Source of the DNA: an uncultured Candidatus Rokubacteria bacterium
GTDB taxonomy: Bacteria > Methylomirabilota > Methylomirabilia > Rokubacteriales > CSP1-6
Assembly: GCA_963789955.1 (NCBI GenBank)
Contig: CAWBMV010000034.1
Span: forward strand, 544,001 to 608,000
Direction: 5' to 3'
Length of the DNA stretch: 64,000 nt
This document shows positions 56,269 to 64,000 of the stretch, in pieces. The notes under the pieces are model-generated. The model was not told the DNA's origin, did no database searches, and worked only from the letters and a program-made list of their open reading frames with translations. Numbering within the stretch: position 1 is the stretch's first letter; each line of letters opens with the position of its first letter. Position numbers and translations under genes: made by a program.

Positions 56269-56697
56269 ATGAAGGTTTACAACACGTCCTTCACCCTGGC
56301 GACGGACGAGCGGACCGAGATCTCGGATATCACCAAGCTCGTACGCGACTCGGTCCAGCAGTTCGCGGTCACCACCGGTATCGCGCTCGTCAACACCCTG
56401 CACACGACCTGCGCGCTGTTCGTCAACGAGTTCCAGAGCGCGCTGATCGACGATCTGCGATCGCTGATCGAGAATATCGTGCCCGAGCGCGACGGCTATC
56501 GCCACGACGACCCGCGGGTGTCCGATTGCGAGCGCGGCAACGCGCACTCGCATCTGCGGGCGGCGCTGCTCGGGCGCAACATCGCGGTCGGCGTGAACAA
56601 CGGCGAGCTGACGCTCGGCCGCTTCCAGTCGGTCATCTTCGCCGAGCTCGACGGCCCGCGGAAGCGCGAGATCAGCATCCAGGTGATCGGCGAGTAG
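56269..56697 (+). CDS. yjbQ: YjbQ (UPF0047) family protein
   Basis: HTTCALFVNE, Y.HDD, NAHSHL, LGRFQSVIFAELDGPR.R. A TTGACT-N18-TATCGT promoter-like site lies at 56163-56192. Confidence 0.9.
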   Translation: MKVYNTSFTLATDERTEISDITKLVRDSVQQFAVTTGIALVNTLHTTCALFVNEFQSALIDDLRSLIENIVPERDGYRHDDPRVSDCERGNAHSHLRAALLGRNIAVGVNNGELTLGRFQSVIFAELDGPRKREISIQVIGE

Positions 56698-56918
56698 CGG
56701 CGGCTAGCGCTTCCTCGCGACCGCCGGCTCGATGTCCGAGCCATCCGCCGCGACGCGACCCTGAACGACCTCGAAGTGCTCCAGGACGAACCTCAGCGCC
56801 GGCAGGCGGTCCCGCAGCGCCGCGACGTATCGAGCCCCGTGCCGTCCGAGCGGATGTAGTCGCGCACCGCACGACCCCGCCGCGATCCGTCATCGCACCA
56901 CACGTCGCATGGTCACGG

Positions 56919-58754
56919 TCATCGCGATGCCTCGAACTGCAAGTGGTAGAGCCGCGAGTACGTGGGGCTCGACTCGAGCAGGATTGCATGCGGCGCGACG
57001 GCCTCGATGCGGCGATCGTTCAGCACGACGATCCGATCGGCGTGCAGGATCGTCGAGAGGCGGTGGGCGATGACGATCGAGGTCGAGCCCACGATCACCC
57101 GGTCGATCGCGTCCTGCACGAGCCGCTCGGACTCGCTGTCGAGCGAGCTCGTGGCTTCGTCCAGGATCAGGATTCGCGGTCGCCCGACGATGGCCCGGGC
57201 GATCGCGATGCGCTGGCGCTGGCCGCCGGAGAGCCGGACCCCGCGCTCGCCCGCCACGGTGTCGTAGCCGCGCGGGAACTCGGAGATGAACTCGTGGGCG
57301 TTCGCGGTCCGCGCCGCCGCCATGATGTCGGCGTCCGTCAGATCCTGGCGACCGTGCACGATGTTGTCTCGGATCGTCATGTTGAAGAGCACCGCGTCCT
57401 GCGACACGACGCCGAAGAGCGCCCGGTAGCTGGATTGACGGAGCCGGCGGATATCCCGCCCGTCGATGGTCACGACGCCCTGCCGGGGATCGTAGAATCG
57501 CAAGACGAGATCCGCGAGCGTCGACTTGCCGATGCCGCTCGGTCCGACGACGGCGACGATTTCTCCGCGCCGAATCTCGAGGTCGATGTTGTCGAGCACG
57601 ATGTCGTCGTCGCCGTAGCCGAACGTGACGCCGCGCAGCGCCAGACGGTCGCGGAAATCCGCGATCGGCTCGGTGCCATCCGCGACATCGGGCCGCGTCT
57701 CCAGCAGCTCAATGACGCGAGTGGAGCTGGCCAGCACCGACTGGATCTCCACCCAGGCGCTGCCGAGCCGGCCGATCTGCACGAGGATGACGCGGCCGAC
57801 GTACATGAACAGGACGAAGGCCGGCGCACCCATCCGGCCCTCCAGGAGCGCCCACGCCCCGACCAGCACGATCGTCGCCTCGACCATGTAGTTCGCCGCG
57901 TTGCGCGCCGGCTCGTTGATGTGCTTGTAGAGGCCGTGGCGGACGCGCAGGCGCATGAGCTCGCGCAGCATGCGCCGGGCTCGGCCGACCTCGAGCGCCT
58001 CGACGCCGAGCGCCTTGACCTCGCGGATGTTCGCGAGCACCTCGTGGAAGTGCGCGAGGAGGCCGCCGAGCATCGACAGATCTGCGCGGGCGAGACGGCG
58101 TACGGGCCCTTTCACGAAGCGCGTGATCCCATAGTGCGCGATACCGGCGCCGGCGGCGGCCAGGACCAGATACGGGCTCGTGCGGATCAGGAGGAAACCG
58201 TAGACCGCGATCAAGACGGGCGCGGTGACGACACTGATGATGACCACCTCGAGCGGCGCGGCGGTCGAATGCGCGTCGGCCTCGAGCCGCGACACCAGCT
58301 CGCCCGTGCGATGGCGCTTGAAGAACCCGAGCGAGAGGCTCAGCAGGTGCTCGAACAGCTGCGCCTGGATGGCCGCCATCGTGCGCACGCGAATCCAGAG
58401 CCCGAGCAGGTAGTTGCCGAAGTCGGCGGCGCTCTTGAGGAGCCCGATCAGCACGTACGCGCAGGTCAGGACGATGATTGCGCGCTGGGGGCTCGCGGAG
58501 CCCGTGACGCCCAGCCACTGGAAGACCGCGGCGCCGAGCGTTCCGAGGTTCAGGTTGCCGAAGCCGACCCGCGGCGGGGCGGGGCGGGCGGCCAGGCCGC
58601 CGAGGGCGAGGTCGAGAATCGGCGCCATGATCAGCGGCAGCAGACCGGCCAGGATCGTCGCGACATAGCTCAGGACCAGCAGCACCACGACCGCCCGCCA
58701 GTGCGGCCGGACGTACGTCCGTAGGAGGCGCAGGAGGCGGCGGAGGTCGGTCAC
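56919..58754 (-). CDS. ABC exporter, fused TMD-NBD (MsbA/PglK-like)
   Basis: TM domain, GPSGIGKST, LSGGQRQR, LDEATSSLD, IAHRLST; sits in a glycosyltransferase locus. Confidence 0.92.
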   Translation of the reverse strand: MTDLRRLLRLLRTYVRPHWRAVVVLLVLSYVATILAGLLPLIMAPILDLALGGLAARPAPPRVGFGNLNLGTLGAAVFQWLGVTGSASPQRAIIVLTCAYVLIGLLKSAADFGNYLLGLWIRVRTMAAIQAQLFEHLLSLSLGFFKRHRTGELVSRLEADAHSTAAPLEVVIISVVTAPVLIAVYGFLLIRTSPYLVLAAAGAGIAHYGITRFVKGPVRRLARADLSMLGGLLAHFHEVLANIREVKALGVEALEVGRARRMLRELMRLRVRHGLYKHINEPARNAANYMVEATIVLVGAWALLEGRMGAPAFVLFMYVGRVILVQIGRLGSAWVEIQSVLASSTRVIELLETRPDVADGTEPIADFRDRLALRGVTFGYGDDDIVLDNIDLEIRRGEIVAVVGPSGIGKSTLADLVLRFYDPRQGVVTIDGRDIRRLRQSSYRALFGVVSQDAVLFNMTIRDNIVHGRQDLTDADIMAAARTANAHEFISEFPRGYDTVAGERGVRLSGGQRQRIAIARAIVGRPRILILDEATSSLDSESERLVQDAIDRVIVGSTSIVIAHRLSTILHADRIVVLNDRRIEAVAPHAILLESSPTYSRLYHLQFEASR

Positions 58755-59347
58755 TGGCGCAAGGTCACGAGGCGGTCGCGAGGCACGCCCCGGGCCGTCA
58801 GCGCCGCGACATGCACGTCCGGCTTGTCGAACGTCGCGACGACGATCGCATCGAACTCGTGCGGAGCGAGCTCGCGTACGTCGCGCACTTCGAGCCCCAG
58901 GAAGCGGCGGCCCGCGTGGCCGTCAAATACGGCGATCGGCTCCAGCCCCAGCTCGCAGAGCGTCAGATAGGCAAGCTCCGCGGCGTCCTCGGCCCCATAG
59001 AGCGCGATACGCTGTGCGTGGCGGTTGGCAAGCTCGGCCATCGCGTCCCGCAGATGCGCTCTGGTCCGGCGATACAGATGCAGCGAGTGCGCCATGTACT
59101 CGTACGTCAGGCGGGATTTCTCGGCGATTCCTTTACCGGTCAGCAGGTAGCGGAGTCGCTTGCGGACCGCCGGCTTGCGCGGAAAGCCGCCGACTTTGAC
59201 GTAGCCCTTGCGCATCAGCCGGCGCAGGTAGAGGTTGGTCAGGCCGACGGCTACCCCCAGCCGCTGCGCGAGCGCGCGCTGGGTCAGCGGCTTTCCCTCA
59301 CCGATGGCGATCAGGATCTCGAGCTCACGCTCCGCTTGACGTTCCAT
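58751..59347 (-). CDS. MarR-type winged-helix regulator (EPS-locus associated) with C-terminal Rossmann-like domain
   Basis: TQRALAQRLGVAVGLTNLYLRRL..KG, YLLTGKGIAEKSRLT, IALYGA. Confidence 0.85.
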   Translation of the reverse strand: MERQAERELEILIAIGEGKPLTQRALAQRLGVAVGLTNLYLRRLMRKGYVKVGGFPRKPAVRKRLRYLLTGKGIAEKSRLTYEYMAHSLHLYRRTRAHLRDAMAELANRHAQRIALYGAEDAAELAYLTLCELGLEPIAVFDGHAGRRFLGLEVRDVRELAPHEFDAIVVATFDKPDVHVAALTARGVPRDRLVTLRQ

Positions 59348-59355
59348 ACGCCTGC

Positions 59356-59370
59356 GTTCAACATTTGAAC
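59356..59370. promoter_or_regulatory. Palindromic operator GTTCAA-N3-TTGAAC over the -10 region of the regulator promoter
   Basis: Perfect 6-bp inverted repeat 8 nt upstream of the ATG; minus-strand TTGACA at 59387-59392. Confidence 0.6.
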
Positions 59371-59658
59371 AAATGGCCGGTGACCCTGTCAAGGTTGGCG
59401 CGCATCGGGGGTCGTGCATATCGGGTATGATCTGGACACGTTTGCAGCTCTACACCTCCAGCGGCGAGTTTTAGCAGCGTCAGCCGCATAAACGAAAAAA
59501 GGCGCACCTGGCGGCCGCGAGGGTGGCACGAAACGAACATGAGTTTTGGACTACATTAAGACGCATCGTGAAAATCCCGGTCTTGATGCTGCCGCGCACC
59601 GCCAGCATGCTCTGGACGAGTGCGGGTTTCTCGATGGCATGTCACGAGAGCGAATTTC

Positions 59659-60516
59659 ATGAGTGAATCGAAAAATACTGTTGGTGAAATTCCCACGGAG
59701 CGCTTGCGCGAATATGCGACTGGTGCGAACTGGTACCACACCCTGGAGCTGCGGCCCGGAATCCAGACGGACGGCGTCTATGAGCATATCCCGTATCTCA
59801 AACATTACGGGCTGCCCGAATCGCTCGCCGGCCAGAGCGTGCTCGATGTGGGCGCGGCGGACGGGTTTTTCGCTTTTGAATTCGAACGCCGGGGTGCTGC
59901 GAGTGTGCTGGCTCTGGACAATAACCGCTTCAGCGGTGAGCTGACGACCGAGGTTTCGCCCAGCCGCAGGGAATCTTACGTCGATAAGTACAAGGGCATG
60001 TTTCAAAAGAACGTCGCCTTCGCGGACGTGTATGAGTCACTGGGCGTTCCGTACGGCCACCAGCTTCTGGCGATGATCGCGTTGCGCAAATCCCGCGTGC
60101 AGTACAAGACACTCGACATCTACGAGCTTGCGCAGCTCAAGAAAAAATATGACTTTGTGTTCTGCGGCGACCTCATCGAACATCTGAAGAATCCGCTTTG
60201 GGCGCTCGAGAATCTTGTGGTCGTCACCGGCAAGCGCTGTGTCGTGGTGCTCTCCAGCGCCCGGAAAGACCGGCCCGGGTTGTCGGTTCTTTCGCGCGTG
60301 TTGAGTCGCGCGCTGGGCTTACCGTACACACGGAAGGCGGTCGAGTACGTGGGCAACGAGGGCGGTGGCTCGTTTTTTCATTTTTATCCCGAAACCTTCC
60401 GGCAGGCGCTGCTCGCCTCGGGTTTCAAGCGCGTGGAGATTTTCGATGAGTTTGACCTGCCCAACCGAAAGCACGGGTTCGACAACTTTCATGTGACGTA
60501 TCACTGTTGGGTGTGA
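59659..60516 (+). CDS. Class I SAM methyltransferase (DUF1698/CmoB-like)
   Basis: WYHTLEL, VLDVGAADGFFAFEFERRGA, DLIEHLKNP. Visibly more AT-rich than flanking genes. Confidence 0.85.
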   Translation: MSESKNTVGEIPTERLREYATGANWYHTLELRPGIQTDGVYEHIPYLKHYGLPESLAGQSVLDVGAADGFFAFEFERRGAASVLALDNNRFSGELTTEVSPSRRESYVDKYKGMFQKNVAFADVYESLGVPYGHQLLAMIALRKSRVQYKTLDIYELAQLKKKYDFVFCGDLIEHLKNPLWALENLVVVTGKRCVVVLSSARKDRPGLSVLSRVLSRALGLPYTRKAVEYVGNEGGGSFFHFYPETFRQALLASGFKRVEIFDEFDLPNRKHGFDNFHVTYHCWV

Positions 60517-60524
60517 GCTCCGCG

Positions 60525-61052
60525 ATGCAGGTGCCACTGTTTTCCATCGTCACCGCGATCCGGGACGGTCTGGATTTTTCATGGAGACCGCACCGACCAT
60601 GCTAGGCAACCCCATGAACATTCGAATGGATCGTCGGCGACGACGGCTCAACCGCGCCGCTCGACGAGTACGTGCGCGCTTTGCATGACCGCCGCATCCG
60701 TTATCTCCGGAACGAGCACTCGTTTTGGCAAACGAAAAGCCTGAACCGCGGCATTCGCGAAAGCCGGTCGGATTGGATCGTGCGCGCCGACGGCGATGAC
60801 CTGATTCATTCACTCCGGCTGGAGCTGACCGCGGCCGCGATTCGAGCAGGTGGCAAGAATCGGGCGCGCCTGTTCTTCTTCGACTACGATGTGACAGATG
60901 CGGAACGTCGTCTCCTCGGACTCGTCACGGACGGCGATCTGCGCAAGGCGATCCTGTGCGGTGTCGCCCTGGCCGAGCCCGTCTCCGAGGCGATGAACAT
61001 CACCGCCGACCAGCGCGCACGCGCCGTCGAGTTCCTCGCTCACTTGAATTAG
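60525..61052 (+). pseudogene. Chimeric remnant: GT2 N-terminus, CBS-domain fragment and an unrelated C-terminal tail
   Basis: PLFSIVT..EWIVGDDGST..RIRYLRN..SLNRGI..RADGDD (GT2) runs into RRLLGLVTDGDLRKAIL..VSEAMN (CBS), then ITADQRARAVEFLAHLN*. Confidence 0.7.
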
Positions 61053-61060
61053 GCGGACAG

Positions 61061-61888
61061 GTGGTCGGATCAGACGAGACTTCCGGAGCTCGCCCGTCGC
61101 CGCCGACCGTACGTCGAGTGAGCCGGGCCGAGCTCCATGAGTCGATCGATCGCTACTACACCGCCTACTATCGCGACACCCTCGGAATCCCCGACTGGAG
61201 TGTGCTGGTGGAGCTTCGCCGCCATGAGGAGCTCCGCGAGCGTGGGCGCCTGGCGCGTCTCGAGGCGCTGCTCGGCGCCGGCGGTTTGCGGGGCCGTGTG
61301 TTGAACGTGGGCTGCGGCACGGGCGGCTTCAACGTCGCGGCGTCGGCTGCCGGCGCCCGCGTGGTGGGCGTGGACGCCGATGCGGACGCCATCGCAATCT
61401 GCGCGCTTCGGCGCGACGCGGGTCTTGGGTTTGCGCGCGCGACGGGCGAAGCGCTTCCGTTTGCCGACGGCGCTTTCGACCTCGTGCACTGCTTCTCCGT
61501 GATCGAGCACGTCGCCTCGGTGACCGTCACGATCCGAGAGATGGTGCGCGTCACGCGGGGAGGCGGCGCAATCTACGTGCACACGCCGAACGCCTGGTCG
61601 CTCTACGAGGGCCACTACAAGCTCTTCTGGGCTCCGTTCCTGCCGAAGACGCTGGGGCGTGTTTATCTCAAGCTTCGCGGACGCCCGGTCGCCTATCTCG
61701 CGACGCTCCGTCGCCTGACTCGCGGCGCCATCGTGCGCGCCTTCGCGGTGGCGGGCGTGAGGGACCTGACCTTCTACGACGACGACCGCCCCCGCGAGAC
61801 GCTGAGCCGCCTTCGCGCGCTGACGGGCGTCTACTATCGCCTATCGGGTGTGACGCCGTACCTCGAGCTCGTCGCGAGGAAACCGTGA
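61061..61888 (+). CDS. Class I SAM methyltransferase (start approximate)
   Basis: VLNVGCGTG, GEALPFADGAFD, SVIEHV, TPN, YEGHY. Confidence 0.88.
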   Translation: MVGSDETSGARPSPPTVRRVSRAELHESIDRYYTAYYRDTLGIPDWSVLVELRRHEELRERGRLARLEALLGAGGLRGRVLNVGCGTGGFNVAASAAGARVVGVDADADAIAICALRRDAGLGFARATGEALPFADGAFDLVHCFSVIEHVASVTVTIREMVRVTRGGGAIYVHTPNAWSLYEGHYKLFWAPFLPKTLGRVYLKLRGRPVAYLATLRRLTRGAIVRAFAVAGVRDLTFYDDDRPRETLSRLRALTGVYYRLSGVTPYLELVARKP

Positions 61889-63207
61889 CGTCCGGCGGGG
61901 CGCGCCCCGTGCTCTTCGCAAGCGAGTACTATCCACCCTTCGCCCCAGGGGGCGCGGAGTGGACGAACGCCGAGTGGGCGAAGGCGCTGGCGCGCCGCGG
62001 CCAGCCGGTCGTCGTCGTGACGCCCAACTACGGCGCGTCGCGCCGCGAGACCTCGGCGGGTGTGGAGGTCGTGCGCGTGCCGTTCCCGCGCCTGCCGTTT
62101 CTGATGAAGCGCCGGTCGGGGCAGCTGGAGGTGCCGGCGCTCGTGCACCGGAACCCGCTCTGGAACCTCTACTTTGCGGCATGCGTCGTCCTGATCGCGT
62201 ATCGCCGGAGCGCTCGCGCGATTCACGCCCAGGGCAAGGGCGCGCTCGTCGCCTCTCGGCGCGCGGCGCGGGCGCTGGGGCTGCCGGTCCTCGCGACGAT
62301 CCGCGATCTCGGCCTGATCTGCCCCCTCGGCTTCTGCACGCTCTTCGAGCCGTGGGAGACGTTCGATTGCTCGTTCCGTCAGTACACGACCAAGTGCGTC
62401 ACTTTCAGCCTCGCGCACTATCATCGGCCGGCCGGCCTCGTCCGCCGCGCCTGGCTCTGGGTCTCGGTCCGGCTGGCCTGGCTCGGGCACTTGATGCGGC
62501 AGCGGGCGCTGCGCCGCGTCGACGCCGTCGTCGGCGTGAGCCGCGGCATTCTCGCGGTGTATCCCTCGCGCATCGTTCCGGCAGGTCGACGGCACGTGGT
62601 CTACCCGCTCCCGCCCTCCAGCGCGGTCCCGACCGACGACGACGCCACGCGGATTCGCGGCGCGCTCGGTATTGGCGGCGGCCCGCTGGTGCTCTACGTG
62701 GGCAAGCGCTCGCTCGGCAAGGGAACACCGGTGCTTCTGCAGGCCCTCGACGCGGTCCGCGTGGCCGTCCCCGGCGTGCGATTCGCGTTCGCGGGAAAGG
62801 GCGAGACCGAGCTGCCCTCCCGCGATGACGTCCACGCCCTGGGCGTGCTCGACCACGCGCAGCTGTTCCCCCTGTATCGCGCCGCCGACGTCGTCGTCGC
62901 CCCGTCGATTTGGCCCGAGCCGATGAGTCGCGTTCTGGTGGAGGCGATGCACTTCGGCCGCCCGGTGGTCGCCACGTTCACGGGCGGCTCGCCCGAGGCC
63001 GTCGAGGACGGCGCCACCGGGCTGCTCGTTCGGAAGAACGATGCCGGGGTGCTGGCCGACGCGATCATTGCGCTCCTGCGCGATCCCGCGCGCCGCGAGC
63101 GCATGGGCGCGGCGGCGCGGGCGCGGCTGGCGGCGGTGTTCAGCGAGGACAAGATCGTCGCGTCGCTCCTCGATGCGTACGCGGCGGCCGGTCGGAGGTC
63201 CGCGTGA
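61885..63207 (+). CDS. Glycosyltransferase family 4
   Basis: EYYPP..GGAE, KG, PSIWPEPMSRVLVEAM, GGSPE..DGATG. Confidence 0.92.
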   Translation: MTSGGARPVLFASEYYPPFAPGGAEWTNAEWAKALARRGQPVVVVTPNYGASRRETSAGVEVVRVPFPRLPFLMKRRSGQLEVPALVHRNPLWNLYFAACVVLIAYRRSARAIHAQGKGALVASRRAARALGLPVLATIRDLGLICPLGFCTLFEPWETFDCSFRQYTTKCVTFSLAHYHRPAGLVRRAWLWVSVRLAWLGHLMRQRALRRVDAVVGVSRGILAVYPSRIVPAGRRHVVYPLPPSSAVPTDDDATRIRGALGIGGGPLVLYVGKRSLGKGTPVLLQALDAVRVAVPGVRFAFAGKGETELPSRDDVHALGVLDHAQLFPLYRAADVVVAPSIWPEPMSRVLVEAMHFGRPVVATFTGGSPEAVEDGATGLLVRKNDAGVLADAIIALLRDPARRERMGAAARARLAAVFSEDKIVASLLDAYAAAGRRSA

Positions 63208-63857
63208 TGTCGCGGGTCAAGGGCTACCTCGGAACTTCGTACCGCCGCCGGCTCATCGACGCCGACCTCGAGGCGGTGAAGGGACGCCTCGCCGGCCAGG
63301 TCCTCGACATCGGCGGCGGACGGCGACGCGGCAGCTTTCGGGCTCCGAGCGACGCCCGCTGGGTGGTCGCCGACGTGTCGCACGCCGGAGGCCCTCACGT
63401 GTGCGCCGACGTGCAGGCGCTCCCGTTCCGCGACTCCACGTTCGACGCGATCAAGATCACCGAGGTCCTGGAGCACGTGCCCGATACCGCCGCGGCGCTG
63501 CGCGAGTGCCGTCGCGTGCTGCGTCCGGGCGGCCGCCTGGTGGCGACGGCGCCGTTCCTCGAGCGCTTGCACGGCGATCCCAACGACTACGTCCGCTACA
63601 CCGACGCCATGTGGCGGGTTCTGCTCGCCGAGAGCGGGCTCACTGCCGACTCGGTCACGCCGCAGGGCGGCTACTTCACCCAGCTCGCCGGCATGCTCAG
63701 GTTCCTCGTCCAGCACGCGCCGATCGGTCTTCGTCACGTGGGCTATGTGCTCTTCCCGCTGCTCGATCTCCTGACGCGGATCGACCGGCTGGCGAGCGTG
63801 CGCCACTCGGAGCTCGCGTCGTTCGTGGGCGGCTACCTCATCATGGCCAAGCGCTGA
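63207..63857 (+). CDS. Class I SAM methyltransferase
   Basis: VLDIGGG, LPFRDSTFD, EVLEHVPD, RVLRPGG, PF..HGDPNDY.R. Confidence 0.88.
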   Translation: MSRVKGYLGTSYRRRLIDADLEAVKGRLAGQVLDIGGGRRRGSFRAPSDARWVVADVSHAGGPHVCADVQALPFRDSTFDAIKITEVLEHVPDTAAALRECRRVLRPGGRLVATAPFLERLHGDPNDYVRYTDAMWRVLLAESGLTADSVTPQGGYFTQLAGMLRFLVQHAPIGLRHVGYVLFPLLDLLTRIDRLASVRHSELASFVGGYLIMAKR

Positions 63858-63860
63858 CCG

Positions 63861-64000
63861 ATGCGCATCTGCACCCCACACTGCGGGGTCGCTCCCGAGA
63901 CGACCTCGGGCGGAGAGACCTACGAGCGGGAGATCTTGACGCGGCTCGGACGCGCGGGCGTCTCGATCGACATCATCCTGGCGCGCGGCAAGCCTCATCC
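63861..64000 (+). CDS. Probable glycosyltransferase, N-terminus only (truncated by window)
   Basis: MRICTPHCGVAPETTSGGETYEREIL..L...G.. resembles a GT4 start; locus context supports it. Confidence 0.55.
   Translation, partial: MRICTPHCGVAPETTSGGETYEREILTRLGRAGVSIDIILARGKPH

Noticed and set aside
56163..58724. 853-aa plus-strand ORF and other long Arg/Ala/Pro-rich ORFs (e.g. 7383-9494, 12156-14300, 37425-39050)
   Set aside because: These are shadow or off-frame ORFs expected at this GC content. They overlap well-supported genes and carry no motifs.
59523..59540. Sigma-54 promoter at TGGCACG upstream of the methyltransferase
   Set aside because: The -12 GC is absent (TGGCACGAAACGAAC).

Overview
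High-GC bacterial chromosome segment. Gene content and style suggest Ca. Rokubacteria / Methylomirabilota, but this is inference, not a database result. Many single-base indels look like long-read errors and split real genes in the ORF track. Layout: (1) 1-16.6 kb is one co-directional respiratory cluster. It has the tail of a Nitrospira-type 'bd-like' oxidase, three c-type cytochromes (one with an EB_dh/DOMON heme-b domain), two cupredoxin-like proteins and an A1-type heme-copper oxidase with heme A/O synthases. It ends with an unusual module: a double-USP protein with rubredoxin-like and three PCP_red-like domains, a radical SAM/SPASM enzyme with a PCP_red-like domain, and an Mrp ATPase lacking its CxxC. 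(2) 16.6-27.4 kb holds housekeeping and catabolic genes, including a probable selenoprotein missed by the ORF track (in-frame TGA in ASW-U-GC plus a SECIS-like hairpin) and a solo Cas4/AddB-like nuclease. (3) Next come a sensor kinase, a receiver, a receiver-cyclase, an acyl-CoA catabolic block and two incomplete peptide-type ABC clusters. (4) An ECF sigma/anti-sigma/DUF3106/DUF1800/DUF1501 operon is led by a secreted heptad-repeat protein and has an ECF-type promoter. (5) The window ends in a surface-polysaccharide locus with a MarR-type regulator, a candidate operator and a chimeric deletion scar. A dispersed GTAG-type REP-like repeat family has copies at about 7.4, 24.1 and 47.3 kb. No rRNA, tRNA, CRISPR array or transposase was seen.
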